A stretch of 22,189 nt of DNA from Vulcanimicrobiaceae bacterium (GTDB lineage: Bacteria; Vulcanimicrobiota; Vulcanimicrobiia; Vulcanimicrobiales; Vulcanimicrobiaceae), in assembly GCA_046262595.1 (NCBI GenBank), contig JBHEMM010000022.1, positions 17,449 to 39,637 on the forward strand, read 5' to 3'. Each line of letters opens with the position of its first letter. Within the stretch, counting starts at the first letter, position 1. The notes beneath the pieces are model-generated. The model was not told the DNA's origin, ran no database searches, and saw only the letters and a list, made by a program, of their open reading frames with translations. This document shows positions 8,590-18,301 of this stretch, piece after piece. Both the position numbers and the translations under genes were made by a program.

Positions 8590-9950
8590 CGGACGCCTCT
8601 GCCGGGCCTTCGCAGATTCCGCCGGTGCACCGTCTGCTTGGCGACGGGCAAATCGCGGCCTACGAAACGAAGCTCGGCCGTCGAACCGTAAAAGCAGAAG
8701 TCAACAGCGTTTTGGAAGCGGCGCGCCGTTCGGCACATGGCGTGCCGTCTTTTGCGGCCCTGCGCGACACGATAGCGCTTCGCCTCGCGCAGCGCGAATA
8801 CGACGCCATCGTGCCCGTAGTCAATGCCACGGGCGTTTTGCTGCATACCAATCTGGGCCGCGCACCGCTCGCCGGGCGCGCGTTGGACGCGGCGCGCGAG
8901 ATCGGCGCCGGATACTCGAATCTGGAATTCGACCTGGAAAACGGCGTCCGGGGAACGCGCTATGCGCGCGCAAGCGGGCTGCTGCGCGAGTTGACCGGCG
9001 CGCAAGACGCGATCGTCGTGAACAATTGCGCGGCGGCCGTTTTCCTGATCGTCGACACGTTTGCCAAAGGCGGCGAGGTGATCGTATCGCGCGGCGAGCT
9101 GGTGGAAGTCGGCGGCGGATTTCGCATTCCCGACGTTCTCGTGCGCGCCGGTGCAACGCTCATCGAAGTGGGCTCGACAAATAAAACGACGCTTGACGAT
9201 TACCGCCGCGCGCTGACGGCGCGCACCGCTCTGCTCTTGCGCACGCATGCTTCGAATTACCGGATCACCGGGTTCACGCACGCAGTGGATGCGGGGGAGC
9301 TCGCGCAGCTTGCGCATGCCAGCGGGGTTCCCGCCGCCGAAGATCTCGGCAGCGGCGCCCTGACGGACCTCGCTCAATACGGTTTACCGCACGAGCGCAC
9401 GGTGCAGGAAGCGCTCGCATCGGGCATGGACCTCGTCGCTTTCTCGGGCGACAAAATGCTCGGCGGTCCGCAAGCCGGCATCATTGCCGGATCGCGTACC
9501 CTCATCGGGCGGCTGCGCAACAACCCGCTGGTGCGCGCGCTGCGCGCCGGAAAGATGACGTTCGCCCTGCTCGCAGAAACGCTGCGCTGCTACGCAAGCG
9601 CGGAATCGCGCGCGCAGATTCCGTTCTACACGATGCTCGGTGCGACGCTCGAGGCGCTGCGCGAACGCGGCGCGCGCTACGTCCAAGCGGTCCCGGGTGT
9701 GGTGCTGCGCGAGGTTGCGGCATACGCCGGCGGCGGCACGCTTCCGGAAGCGGCGATCGCGTCGGTCGCCGTCGCGCCGGCACTGGGCTCCCTCAGCGTG
9801 TCCGCCGCGCACCGGCAACTGCGTCTGCCGCGCAGCGGCGCTCCCATCGTCGCGCGCATCGATCAGAATGTGCTGCTGCTCGATCTGCGCACGGTCTTGC
9901 CCGCGCAGGACGCTCACGTGATCGCCGCCTTACGCGCACTCGTTTCTTAA
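8586..9950 (+). CDS. selA: L-seryl-tRNA(Sec) selenium transferase (selenocysteine synthase)
   Basis: VVNATGVLLHTNLGRAPL, YSNLEFDL, VNNCAAAV, VSRGELVEVGGGFRIPDV, EDLGSG, PLP-lysine motif FSGDKMLGGPQAG. The ORF track starts at GTG 8625, but the N-terminal SelA-like motif SQIPPVHRLL extends upstream to an in-frame CTG at 8586 overlapping the trxA stop. Confidence 0.96.
   Translation: MTDASAGPSQIPPVHRLLGDGQIAAYETKLGRRTVKAEVNSVLEAARRSAHGVPSFAALRDTIALRLAQREYDAIVPVVNATGVLLHTNLGRAPLAGRALDAAREIGAGYSNLEFDLENGVRGTRYARASGLLRELTGAQDAIVVNNCAAAVFLIVDTFAKGGEVIVSRGELVEVGGGFRIPDVLVRAGATLIEVGSTNKTTLDDYRRALTARTALLLRTHASNYRITGFTHAVDAGELAQLAHASGVPAAEDLGSGALTDLAQYGLPHERTVQEALASGMDLVAFSGDKMLGGPQAGIIAGSRTLIGRLRNNPLVRALRAGKMTFALLAETLRCYASAESRAQIPFYTMLGATLEALRERGARYVQAVPGVVLREVAAYAGGGTLPEAAIASVAVAPALGSLSVSAAHRQLRLPRSGAPIVARIDQNVLLLDLRTVLPAQDAHVIAALRALVS
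8590..8621 (+). promoter_or_regulatory. SECIS-like stem-loop immediately after trxA UGA / at 5' end of selA
   Basis: CGGA(8590-93)/TCCG(8618-21) lower stem, TCTGC(8598-8602)/GCAGA(8612-16) upper stem, bulged C, GG/TC pairs, apical loop GCCT starting 16 nt after the UGA. Folded by eye only. Confidence 0.4.
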
Positions 9951-11810
9951 ATGCACGTCATCGGGACCGCAGGGCACGTCGATCACGGCAAATCCTCGCT
10001 CGTGCAAGCGCTGACGGGAACGAACCCGGACCGCTGGGCCGAAGAGCAACTGCGCGGGATGACGCTCGATTTAGGATTCGCGCATTTGCGGTTTGAGGAT
10101 GGAACCGAAGCGGGCATCGTCGATGTGCCGGGGCACGAACGCTTTCTTCACAACATGCTTGCGGGCGCTGCGGGAATGGAACTTCTGCTGCTCGTCATCG
10201 ATGCGGCCGAAGGCATCAAACCGCAAACGCTCGAGCATCTGCACGTTCTGCAGTTCTTGAACGTGCAAAAGACCATCGTCGTGCTCACGAAGATCGATCT
10301 GCTTGAAAACGAAATGCGGGAGGCCGCATGCGCTCGCATGCACGATGCGCTGGCCGGAACGCTGGCCGAAGACGCGCCGGTGATGGCCGTTTCGAACGTG
10401 ACCGGATACAACATCGCGGAACTCAAAGAGGCGATCCGCCGTTCGCTTCATGCGTTGCCCGCACGCCCCGTTGACGCGCCCGCGTACTTGCCCGTCGACC
10501 GCGTGTTCGCGCTGCCCGGGCATGGCACGATCGTCACCGGAACGTTGATGCAGGGCGCCATCGCGGTGGGTGACACGTTAATGTTTCAGCCGTCGGGCAA
10601 GAGCGTTCGCGTGCGCAGTCTGCAAAGTTTCGGCCTGCAGAAGGAGCGCGTACGCGCCGGCGCCCGCGTTGCGGTCAACGTGCCGTGGGTTTCAACGGCA
10701 GAGATCGCGCGCGGTGCGGTCCTCGCCGAACCGCAGTTTGAAGCGGGCGGCACGTTTGTTGTGCGTTTTCGCGCTTTGCCGCAATCGCTGCCTCTGCTGC
10801 GCGGACGCAACGCCGTGCGCGCATACATCGGGTCGGCGGAGATTTTGGGCACGCTGATTCTGCAGAATATTCCTGCGCACGGTGAGGAAGCCGCCGGCCG
10901 GCTCGCGTTAAAAAATGCGATTGCCGTGTATCCGGGAATGCCGTTCATCGTGCGCCGGCTCTCCCCCAAAGATCTGCTCGGGGGCGGAACGATCGCTGGA
11001 ATGCATAGTGCGCCGGCGGGTACGGCCCTGCAAACGGATCCGCTGCAGATTCGTGTCCTGCAAGCGCTCGAAGGCGCGCAACCGGCGCCTATGACGGCCG
11101 AAGACGTCGCACGCGCGGTCAATGCCCGTGAAGACGCGGCGGCTGCGGCACTTTCCCGGCTGGTTGCGAGCGGCGATGCGGTTGCGGTCATGCGGCCGTC
11201 CGCATTCGTTCACGCGCACCGAGCAAACGAACTGCTGAGCAGCGCGCGCGCGTTCATGCAAGAACGCGAAGCTTTCGAGCCGTGGAGCTTGGGTGTGACC
11301 TCTCTGGCGCTCGCTCGAGCCTTGAATCAGGATGAAGCAACGCTGCTGCGTGTGCTGCTCGCGTTCGCTGAAGACGGGAGCATCGCGCATGGGGGCGGTT
11401 ATTTCGCGACGACCGCGCATGTGCCGAAGCTCTCGGCCGAGCAGCAGGCGTTCTTCGATTCCATCGTTGCGGGCGACGCTGCGAACCCCATGGTTCCCGT
11501 GCCGCTGGCCGCGGCCGTCGCGGCAGTCAAACAATCGCGGATCGGCGGCGTTGCCAAGGCGTTCGACACGCTGCTTGCAAAGGGTGCGCTGGTGAAAGTG
11601 AACGAGGATCTTTACCGCGGTTCGCAGATTGCCGCAATTAGGGCGCGCATGCAAGCGTTTTTACGCGAGAACGATCGCATGACGATGGCCCAGTTTCGCG
11701 ACCTTATCGGCACGTCGCGCAAGTTCGCGGTACCGCTGCTCGAATGGTTCGATGCGCGCGGAGTAACCGTGCGGAGCGGCGATTACCGCATGCTGCGCGG
11801 GCGCACGTGA
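9951..11810 (+). CDS. selB: Selenocysteine-specific translation elongation factor SelB
   Basis: [48 protein letters not shown]-terminal winged helix [20 protein letters not shown]. Starts directly after the selA TAA. Confidence 0.97.
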   Translation: MHVIGTAGHVDHGKSSLVQALTGTNPDRWAEEQLRGMTLDLGFAHLRFEDGTEAGIVDVPGHERFLHNMLAGAAGMELLLLVIDAAEGIKPQTLEHLHVLQFLNVQKTIVVLTKIDLLENEMREAACARMHDALAGTLAEDAPVMAVSNVTGYNIAELKEAIRRSLHALPARPVDAPAYLPVDRVFALPGHGTIVTGTLMQGAIAVGDTLMFQPSGKSVRVRSLQSFGLQKERVRAGARVAVNVPWVSTAEIARGAVLAEPQFEAGGTFVVRFRALPQSLPLLRGRNAVRAYIGSAEILGTLILQNIPAHGEEAAGRLALKNAIAVYPGMPFIVRRLSPKDLLGGGTIAGMHSAPAGTALQTDPLQIRVLQALEGAQPAPMTAEDVARAVNAREDAAAAALSRLVASGDAVAVMRPSAFVHAHRANELLSSARAFMQEREAFEPWSLGVTSLALARALNQDEATLLRVLLAFAEDGSIAHGGGYFATTAHVPKLSAEQQAFFDSIVAGDAANPMVPVPLAAAVAAVKQSRIGGVAKAFDTLLAKGALVKVNEDLYRGSQIAAIRARMQAFLRENDRMTMAQFRDLIGTSRKFAVPLLEWFDARGVTVRSGDYRMLRGRT

Positions 11811-12823
11811 TCGATGCCTTAACGCTCCCCAAAGCGGAGCTGCACCTCCACATCGAAGGAACGTTCGAGCCCGAGCAGATCTTCGCGTTTGCGCAGCGTA
11901 ACGGCGTCCGGCTCAAGTATGCCGGCGTGGAAGCGTTGCGCGCGGCTTACCGCTTCACCGATCTGCAGTCGTTTCTCGACCTGTATTACGAAGCGATGGC
12001 GGTTTTGCGCACGGAACGTGATTTCGAAGAACTGACGCTGGCGTATTTGCAGCGCGCGCGAACACAGGGCGTGCGCCATGCGGAGATCTTTTTCGATCCG
12101 CAGGCGCATCTGGCACGCGGCATCGCGTTCGAGGTCGTGATGGACGGCTTGTGGTCCGCGCTGCTTCGCAGCGAGCGGGATTTCGGCATCACGACGCGCT
12201 TGATTATGTGCTTTCTGCGCGACCTTTCGGCGGAAAGCGCCCTCGCTACGCTGGACCTCGCCCTGCCGTTGCGAGAGCGCATCACCGGCGTGGGGTTGGA
12301 CTCCGCGGAAGCCGGCAATCCGCCGTCGAAATTTACCGCTGTTTACAACCGCGCGCGCGCTGCCGGCTTTCATGCCGTGGCGCATGCAGGCGAGGAAGGA
12401 CCGCCGCAATACATCCGGGAGGCGCTTGACGTGCTGCACGTGGAGCGCATCGACCACGGCGTTCGCATACTTGAAGACCCGGCGTTGGTGGAGCGCGCGG
12501 TACGCGAGCGCATTCCGCTCACGGTGTGCCCACTTTCCAATGTGCGCCTGCGCGTGGTTGAGACGCTCGCGGCTCACCCGCTCAAACGGATGCTCGAGGC
12601 GGGCTTGCACGCGACGGTCAACTCGGACGATCCCGCATACTTCGGCGGCTATGCCGGCGACAATTTCACTCAAACGGCCGCCGCGCTGCAGCTTTCCGAC
12701 GCGCAAGTGCTGCAACTCGCGCGCAACTCGTTCGACGCCTCTTTTCTCGACGCGTCAGCGAAGGCCCGATACCTGCGCGAAATCGACGCTTTGGCGGCCG
12801 CCGCCAAGGCGAGCGCCTCCTAG
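11807..12823 (+). CDS. add: Adenosine deaminase family protein, adenine-deaminase-like
   Basis: LPKAELHLHIEGT, EIFFDPQAH, GLDSAE, AHAGEEGP, ERIDHG, TVCPLSN, NSDDPAYFGG. GTG 11807 overlaps the selB stop (GTGA). The FFDPQ/LDS motifs resemble the adenine-specific subgroup. Confidence 0.9.
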   Translation: MIDALTLPKAELHLHIEGTFEPEQIFAFAQRNGVRLKYAGVEALRAAYRFTDLQSFLDLYYEAMAVLRTERDFEELTLAYLQRARTQGVRHAEIFFDPQAHLARGIAFEVVMDGLWSALLRSERDFGITTRLIMCFLRDLSAESALATLDLALPLRERITGVGLDSAEAGNPPSKFTAVYNRARAAGFHAVAHAGEEGPPQYIREALDVLHVERIDHGVRILEDPALVERAVRERIPLTVCPLSNVRLRVVETLAAHPLKRMLEAGLHATVNSDDPAYFGGYAGDNFTQTAAALQLSDAQVLQLARNSFDASFLDASAKARYLREIDALAAAAKASAS

Positions 12824-12918
12824 CCGAAACGCACGCGCGCGGTCGGGGTACGTGAACAAGCGGCTTCAAACGCGTGAAACCGGAAAGGCCCCTTTTGCTG
12901 TCTTGATCGAGTAAAGGT

Positions 12919-15552
12919 ATGGATGTAAACCGCATGACGGAGCGCGTTCAAGACGCGCTCAACGCCGCATATACGCGCGCACTGGAACAACACAATACGC
13001 AGACGGCACCCGAGCATCTGCTTGCCGCGCTCCTCTGGCAGGACCGCGGCATCGCACCGGACATCGTCAAGGCAGCCGGCGTGGAACCGGAGACTCTTTC
13101 GGCAAAGGCCGACGAGGCGGTGGCGCGGCTGCCGCGCTTGACGGGCGCGAACGCCGATCAGGGCAGCGTCACCGTCTCGCCCGATTTAACGTGTCTGCTC
13201 AGTCAAGCCGAGGGCGAAGCGAAACAGCTGCAAGACGATTATGTTTCCGTCGAGCACCTGCTGCTTGCGATGGCGCAGAATAGCGGCGCCGCCGGGCGCG
13301 TCATGCGCGAAGCCGGTCTGACGCGCGAGAAGCTGCTCAACGCGCTGCGCAGCGTACGCGGCAACCAACGCGTCACCACGCAAAATCCTGAAGGCACTTA
13401 CAAAAGTTTGGAGCGCTACGGCCGCGACCTAACGCAGGAAGCCGAGCGCGGAAAGCTCGATCCGGTGATCGGCCGGGATGAGGAGATCCGCCGCGTCATT
13501 CAGGTGCTCTCGCGCCGCACCAAAAACAATCCCGTGCTGATCGGCGAGCCCGGCGTCGGCAAGACCGCTATCGTCGAAGGCCTTGCCCAGCGCATCGTCC
13601 GCGGCGACGTGCCGGAAGGTTTGAAAGACAAACGCATCGTGGCGCTCGACATGGGCTCGTTGATCGCCGGCGCGAAATACCGCGGCGAATTCGAAGAGCG
13701 GCTCAAGGCGGTGCTTAAAGACGTGCAAAAGTCCGACGGGCAAATCTTGCTTTTTGTGGACGAACTGCATACCGTCGTCGGCGCCGGCAAAGCCGAGGGC
13801 GCGATGGACGCCGGCAATCTGCTCAAGCCGATGCTCGCGCGCGGCGAACTGCATCTGATCGGTGCGACGACGCTCGACGAATACCGCAAGTACATCGAAA
13901 AGGATGCGGCGCTCGAACGCCGTTTCCAGCCCGTGCTCGTCGATCAGCCCACCGTCGAGGACACGATCTCGATCCTGCGCGGCCTAAAAGAAAAATATGA
14001 AGCGCATCACGGCGTGCGGATCAAAGATTCGGCGCTGGTCGCTGCGGCCGTGCTCTCGAACCGTTACATCAGCGACCGCTTTTTGCCCGACAAGGCGATC
14101 GATTTAGTCGACGAGTCCGCAGCAAAGCTGCGCACGGAGATCGACTCAATGCCGCAAGAGCTCGACGAGCTGACGCGCCGCGTCATGCAGCTCGAGATCG
14201 AACGCGAAGCGCTCCGCAGGGAAAGCGATTCGGCCAGTAAGCATCGGCTGGAGCAGCTCGAGAAAGAGCTTTCAGGCCTTCGCGAAGACCAGAGCGGCCT
14301 GCAGGCGCGCTGGGAAGCCGAGAAAGCCTCGGCGGTGAAACTGCGCGACCTGCGCGAGCAGATCGAAGAGACGAAAGTGCTGATCGAGCAGGCGGAACGC
14401 CAATACGACCTTAACCGCGTTGCCGAACTGCGGTACGGGAAACTGGGTGCGCTCGAGAAGCAGCTCGCCGAGGAAGAACAGCGTCTTGCCTCGCGCGACG
14501 GCCATTCGCGTCTTTCCAAAGAAGAAGTCGACGAAGAGGACATCGCAGAGATCATCAGCCGCTGGACCGGCGTTCCGGTTGCCAAGATGCTCGAAGGCGA
14601 AGTGCAGAAACTGCTGCACCTCGATGAAGAGCTGCACAAGCGCCTCATCGGTCAGAACGAAGCCGTCACGGCGGTCGCCGAGGCGGTGATCCGCTCGCGT
14701 TCGGGCCTCGCGGATCCGAACCGCCCAATCGGCTCGTTCATCTTCTTAGGGCCGACCGGCGTCGGCAAAACCGAATTGGCGCGCGCGCTCGCGCAGTATC
14801 TTTTCGACGACGAGCGCGCCATGATCCGCATCGACATGTCGGAGTATCAGGAGAAGCACACCGTCGCGCGGCTGCTGGGGGCCCCTCCGGGATATATCGG
14901 CTTCGAAGAAGGCGGACAGCTCACCGAGGCCGTGCGGCGACGGCCGTACAGCGTCATTCTGTTCGACGAGATCGAAAAGGCGCATCCCGACGTTTTTAAC
15001 GTCTTCCTGCAGATTTTGGACGACGGGCGCTTGACCGACGGCCAAGGGCGCACCGTCGATTTCCGCAACACGATCGTGATCATGACGAGCAATGTCGGCT
15101 CGCACCGCATTCTGGATTACAAAGGCGATCTCGGCGGGGCGGAATTCGCCGTCATGCGCGCCACCGTGCTGGACGAACTGCGCCAGCACTTCCGTCCCGA
15201 ATTTTTGAACCGCGTCGACGAAGTAATCGTGTTCCACGCGCTAAGCGAAGAAGAACTCACGCGCATTATCGAGATACAACTGCAGCGCGTGCGTGAACGT
15301 CTTGCGGTGCGCCGCATCACGCTCGAGCTGACGGACAGCGCTAAGCACCATCTGGTCAAAGCGGGCTACGATCCGGTTTACGGCGCGCGCCCGCTCAAAC
15401 GTTCGATCCAACGCGAGCTCGAGACGCCGCTCGGACGCAAAATTCTTGCGGGCGACGTACGCGAGGGCCAAAAAGTGATTGTGGCCTTCGACGACCTACG
15501 AGGCGAGCTCACGTTCGGCGTCGAGGTCGCGGGGGAGCCGGTCCCACTGTAA
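12919..15552 (+). CDS. clpB: ATP-dependent chaperone ClpB
   Basis: Clp N-domain repeats, two AAA+ modules ([16 protein letters not shown]), long coiled-coil middle domain with [14 protein letters not shown]; 877 aa. Confidence 0.96.
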   Translation: MDVNRMTERVQDALNAAYTRALEQHNTQTAPEHLLAALLWQDRGIAPDIVKAAGVEPETLSAKADEAVARLPRLTGANADQGSVTVSPDLTCLLSQAEGEAKQLQDDYVSVEHLLLAMAQNSGAAGRVMREAGLTREKLLNALRSVRGNQRVTTQNPEGTYKSLERYGRDLTQEAERGKLDPVIGRDEEIRRVIQVLSRRTKNNPVLIGEPGVGKTAIVEGLAQRIVRGDVPEGLKDKRIVALDMGSLIAGAKYRGEFEERLKAVLKDVQKSDGQILLFVDELHTVVGAGKAEGAMDAGNLLKPMLARGELHLIGATTLDEYRKYIEKDAALERRFQPVLVDQPTVEDTISILRGLKEKYEAHHGVRIKDSALVAAAVLSNRYISDRFLPDKAIDLVDESAAKLRTEIDSMPQELDELTRRVMQLEIEREALRRESDSASKHRLEQLEKELSGLREDQSGLQARWEAEKASAVKLRDLREQIEETKVLIEQAERQYDLNRVAELRYGKLGALEKQLAEEEQRLASRDGHSRLSKEEVDEEDIAEIISRWTGVPVAKMLEGEVQKLLHLDEELHKRLIGQNEAVTAVAEAVIRSRSGLADPNRPIGSFIFLGPTGVGKTELARALAQYLFDDERAMIRIDMSEYQEKHTVARLLGAPPGYIGFEEGGQLTEAVRRRPYSVILFDEIEKAHPDVFNVFLQILDDGRLTDGQGRTVDFRNTIVIMTSNVGSHRILDYKGDLGGAEFAVMRATVLDELRQHFRPEFLNRVDEVIVFHALSEEELTRIIEIQLQRVRERLAVRRITLELTDSAKHHLVKAGYDPVYGARPLKRSIQRELETPLGRKILAGDVREGQKVIVAFDDLRGELTFGVEVAGEPVPL

Positions 15553-15612
15553 GCCGCAACGCCGCTTGCCTTCATAGGTGCCGAGCGTCCGGCCGGATAA
15601 AATCGGAGGAGT

Positions 15613-16461
15613 ATGCCGGGTCTCGCGATTTTTGCCCACGACGTCGACCTTTCGGGTATCGCTCAAGCGCTCGGAATGGCCGGCATGCGCGTGTGCACGC
15701 ATCCGCAGCCCGGCGCGATTCATCTGGTTGCGTACGGCGAGAGCGTCGGCGTTATTGCGAGCCCGCAAGAACTGCCCGCGATGTATCTGAATAAACCACT
15801 CGATCCGAAAGCGGTTCTTGCAGCCGTGCGAACGGCGGCCGAGCTGATCGAGGCGCGTCGCGCCGTGAAAGAATCGAAGGAGCTGCTGACGATCGCCACG
15901 GCCCTGGCGATCGAACGCGACCGCACCGCGCTCTACCGCTTGATCGTGCGCAAGCTCCGCGAACTGACGCTGGCAGATTCCGGAACGCTGTTCACCATCG
16001 AGGGTGAAAGAGGCCGCGAAGTGCTGCGCTTCGCAATCCGTCAAACCGGCCCGCAGGATGCGGAAACGTTCGCGGGCGGCTCCCTTGCGGTTTCCGACGC
16101 GTCACTCGCGGGCCACGTCGCACGCAGCGGCAAGCCGCTGCGCTTTGCTGACGTCTACAAGGACGCCGGTGCCTACGGTTTAATTTTCGACAAATCGTTC
16201 GACGAAGAAAGCGGCTACCGCACGAAATCCATGCTCTGCGTTCCGCTGATGAGCCGCAGCGGCGATCCGGCGGCCGTTCTGCAGCTCGTCAACAAGAAGT
16301 TGGCGTTTGACATGCCGCTGCTCTCAGCGCCGATTATCGAGTCCGGTGTCGAGCCGTTCGACGATCGCGACGAGGAATTGATTTGCGCGCTTGCGGTGCA
16401 CGCGGGGGCGGCGCTGCACAACGTCGACCTGATGGAAGCCTTGCTTCGCGCGAAAGCCTGA
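15613..16461 (+). CDS. GAF-domain protein with degenerate receiver-like N-terminus, no output domain
   Basis: YLNKPLDPKAVLAAVRTA (receiver-like end); GAF motifs SLAGHVARSGKPL, FDKSFDEESGYRTKSMLCVPL, LQLVNKK...PFDDRDE (NKFDE type). GGAGG upstream. Confidence 0.8.
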   Translation: MPGLAIFAHDVDLSGIAQALGMAGMRVCTHPQPGAIHLVAYGESVGVIASPQELPAMYLNKPLDPKAVLAAVRTAAELIEARRAVKESKELLTIATALAIERDRTALYRLIVRKLRELTLADSGTLFTIEGERGREVLRFAIRQTGPQDAETFAGGSLAVSDASLAGHVARSGKPLRFADVYKDAGAYGLIFDKSFDEESGYRTKSMLCVPLMSRSGDPAAVLQLVNKKLAFDMPLLSAPIIESGVEPFDDRDEELICALAVHAGAALHNVDLMEALLRAKA

Positions 16462-16464
16462 TCT

Positions 16465-18291
16465 TTAGGCCCTATTCAGCTCGCGCTTGCGCGCGCGATT
16501 GCGGTCGGTCTCAACCAAAAGGCGTTTGCGGATGCGAATTGATTTCGGCGTAATCTCCACCAGCTCGTCGTCTTCGATGAATTCGATGGCGCGCTCCAGC
16601 GACGGCTCCTCGGGCGGCGGCAGTTTGATGTTGTCGTCGGTTCCCGCGGCGCGCATGTTCGTGAGCTTCTTTTCGCGCACGACATTCATCGAGACGTCCT
16701 TGTCGTCGTTGGCGCGCCCGACGACCATGCCTTCATAGACATCAACGCCGGGCCCGACAAAGAACCGCCCGCGCTGCTCGAGGCCCTGAAGCGCATATCC
16801 GGTGGTGCGGCCGCTGTCGCTCGCAACGAGCGCGCCGACGCTGCGGCCCAGAAGTTCGCCTTGCCAAGGCTGGTGGTCGTAATACGTATGCGACATGACG
16901 GCCGTGCCGCGCGTGAGCGTGAGCAGCTCGCCGCGCAGGCCGAAGATGGCGCGCGTCGGCATCGTGTATTCGAGGCGGCGGGAATCGCCGACGTTGATCA
17001 TGTTCGACATGATGGCTTTGCGTTTGCCGAGCGATTCGATAACCGGCCCTTCGTATTCCGAGGGAACGTCAACGACCACGTATTCCACCGGTTCCCACTT
17101 CTTGCCGTCGCGCTCGACCAGAATCACTTGAGGCTTTGAGACCTGCAGCTCGTAGCCTTCGCGGCGCATCGTTTCGATCAGAATGGAGAGATGCAATTCG
17201 CCGCGCCCGCGCACTTCGAACGTGTCGGCGGACTCCGTATCGGCGACGCGCAGCGCAACGTTCGATTCGAGCTCGGCCATCAAACGGGCGCGAATCTGAC
17301 GGGACGTCAGATATCTGCCCTCTTTACCGGCGAACGGCGAGTTGTTCACGCTGAACGACATCGAGACGGTCGGTTCGTCCACCGCGACGGCGTGCACGCC
17401 TTCCGGTATCGCAAGATCGGCGATCGTATCGCCGATATTCAAGCCTTCGATTCCAGAAACGCAAACGATATCGCCGGCGGCCGCCTCATCGATCTCGACG
17501 CGCTCCAAACCTTGAAACGTGAGCAGTGTGGTCAGACGTAAGCCGGTTTCCACCTCGCCGTCACGCGCAACTTTGGCAATCGGCGAATTGACCTTCGCCG
17601 CGCCGCGGAACACGCGGCCGATGCCGATGCGCCCGACGTACTTGTTGTGATCGATCGCCGAGATCAGCATCTGGAAACCGCCCTCTTCGGCCGGCGCCTC
17701 GGGCACCTGATCGCAGATCACTTTGAAGAGCGGTTCGAGATCGATGCCGGGCTCGTCCAGGTTGCGCGTCGCCTGACCCAGCTTCGCGTTCGTAAACGCA
17801 ACGGGGAAGTCGGCCTGTTCGTCGTTGGCGCCCAGTTCGATGAAAAGGTCGAACACTTCGTTGACCACTTCGGTGGCGCGCGCGTCTTTGCGATCGATCT
17901 TGTTCACGACCACGATCGCCTTGAGATCGAGTTCCAGCGCCTTGCGCAGCACGAAACGCGTCTGCGGCATGACGCCTTCGGCGGCATCGACCAGCAGCAG
18001 CACGCCTTGAACCATCTGCAATACGCGTTCCACCTCGCCGCCGAAATCGGCGTGGCCGGGCGTGTCGACGATATTGAACTTGATATCGCCGTGCCGCACG
18101 GCGGTGTTTTTCGCCAAAATCGTGATGCCGCGCTCGCGTTCGAGCGGATTGGAATCCATGACCCGCGTTTGGACTTGCTGCCCCTCGCGGAACACGCCGC
18201 TCTGACGCAGCATGGCGTCGACCAGCGTGGTTTTGCCGTGGTCTACGTGCGCGATGATTGCAACATTGCGGATATCGGGTCGGGTCTTCAT
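16465..18291 (-). CDS. typA: Translational GTPase TypA/BipA
   Basis: IRNVAIIAHVDHGKTTLVD, ERERGITILAK, DTPGHADFGGEVER, NKID, GRGELHLSIL, KKLTNMRAAG, DDELVEITP. Start at ATG 18291. Confidence 0.97.
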   Translation of the reverse strand: MKTRPDIRNVAIIAHVDHGKTTLVDAMLRQSGVFREGQQVQTRVMDSNPLERERGITILAKNTAVRHGDIKFNIVDTPGHADFGGEVERVLQMVQGVLLLVDAAEGVMPQTRFVLRKALELDLKAIVVVNKIDRKDARATEVVNEVFDLFIELGANDEQADFPVAFTNAKLGQATRNLDEPGIDLEPLFKVICDQVPEAPAEEGGFQMLISAIDHNKYVGRIGIGRVFRGAAKVNSPIAKVARDGEVETGLRLTTLLTFQGLERVEIDEAAAGDIVCVSGIEGLNIGDTIADLAIPEGVHAVAVDEPTVSMSFSVNNSPFAGKEGRYLTSRQIRARLMAELESNVALRVADTESADTFEVRGRGELHLSILIETMRREGYELQVSKPQVILVERDGKKWEPVEYVVVDVPSEYEGPVIESLGKRKAIMSNMINVGDSRRLEYTMPTRAIFGLRGELLTLTRGTAVMSHTYYDHQPWQGELLGRSVGALVASDSGRTTGYALQGLEQRGRFFVGPGVDVYEGMVVGRANDDKDVSMNVVREKKLTNMRAAGTDDNIKLPPPEEPSLERAIEFIEDDELVEITPKSIRIRKRLLVETDRNRARKRELNRA

Positions 18292-18301
18292 ATCACTCTT
18301 T

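Noticed and set aside
11808..11845. Hairpin GCTCC/GGAGC after the selB TGA as a second SECIS
   Set aside because: The loop does not start with G, readthrough meets TAA after three codons, and the sequence is constrained by the deaminase LPKAEL motif.
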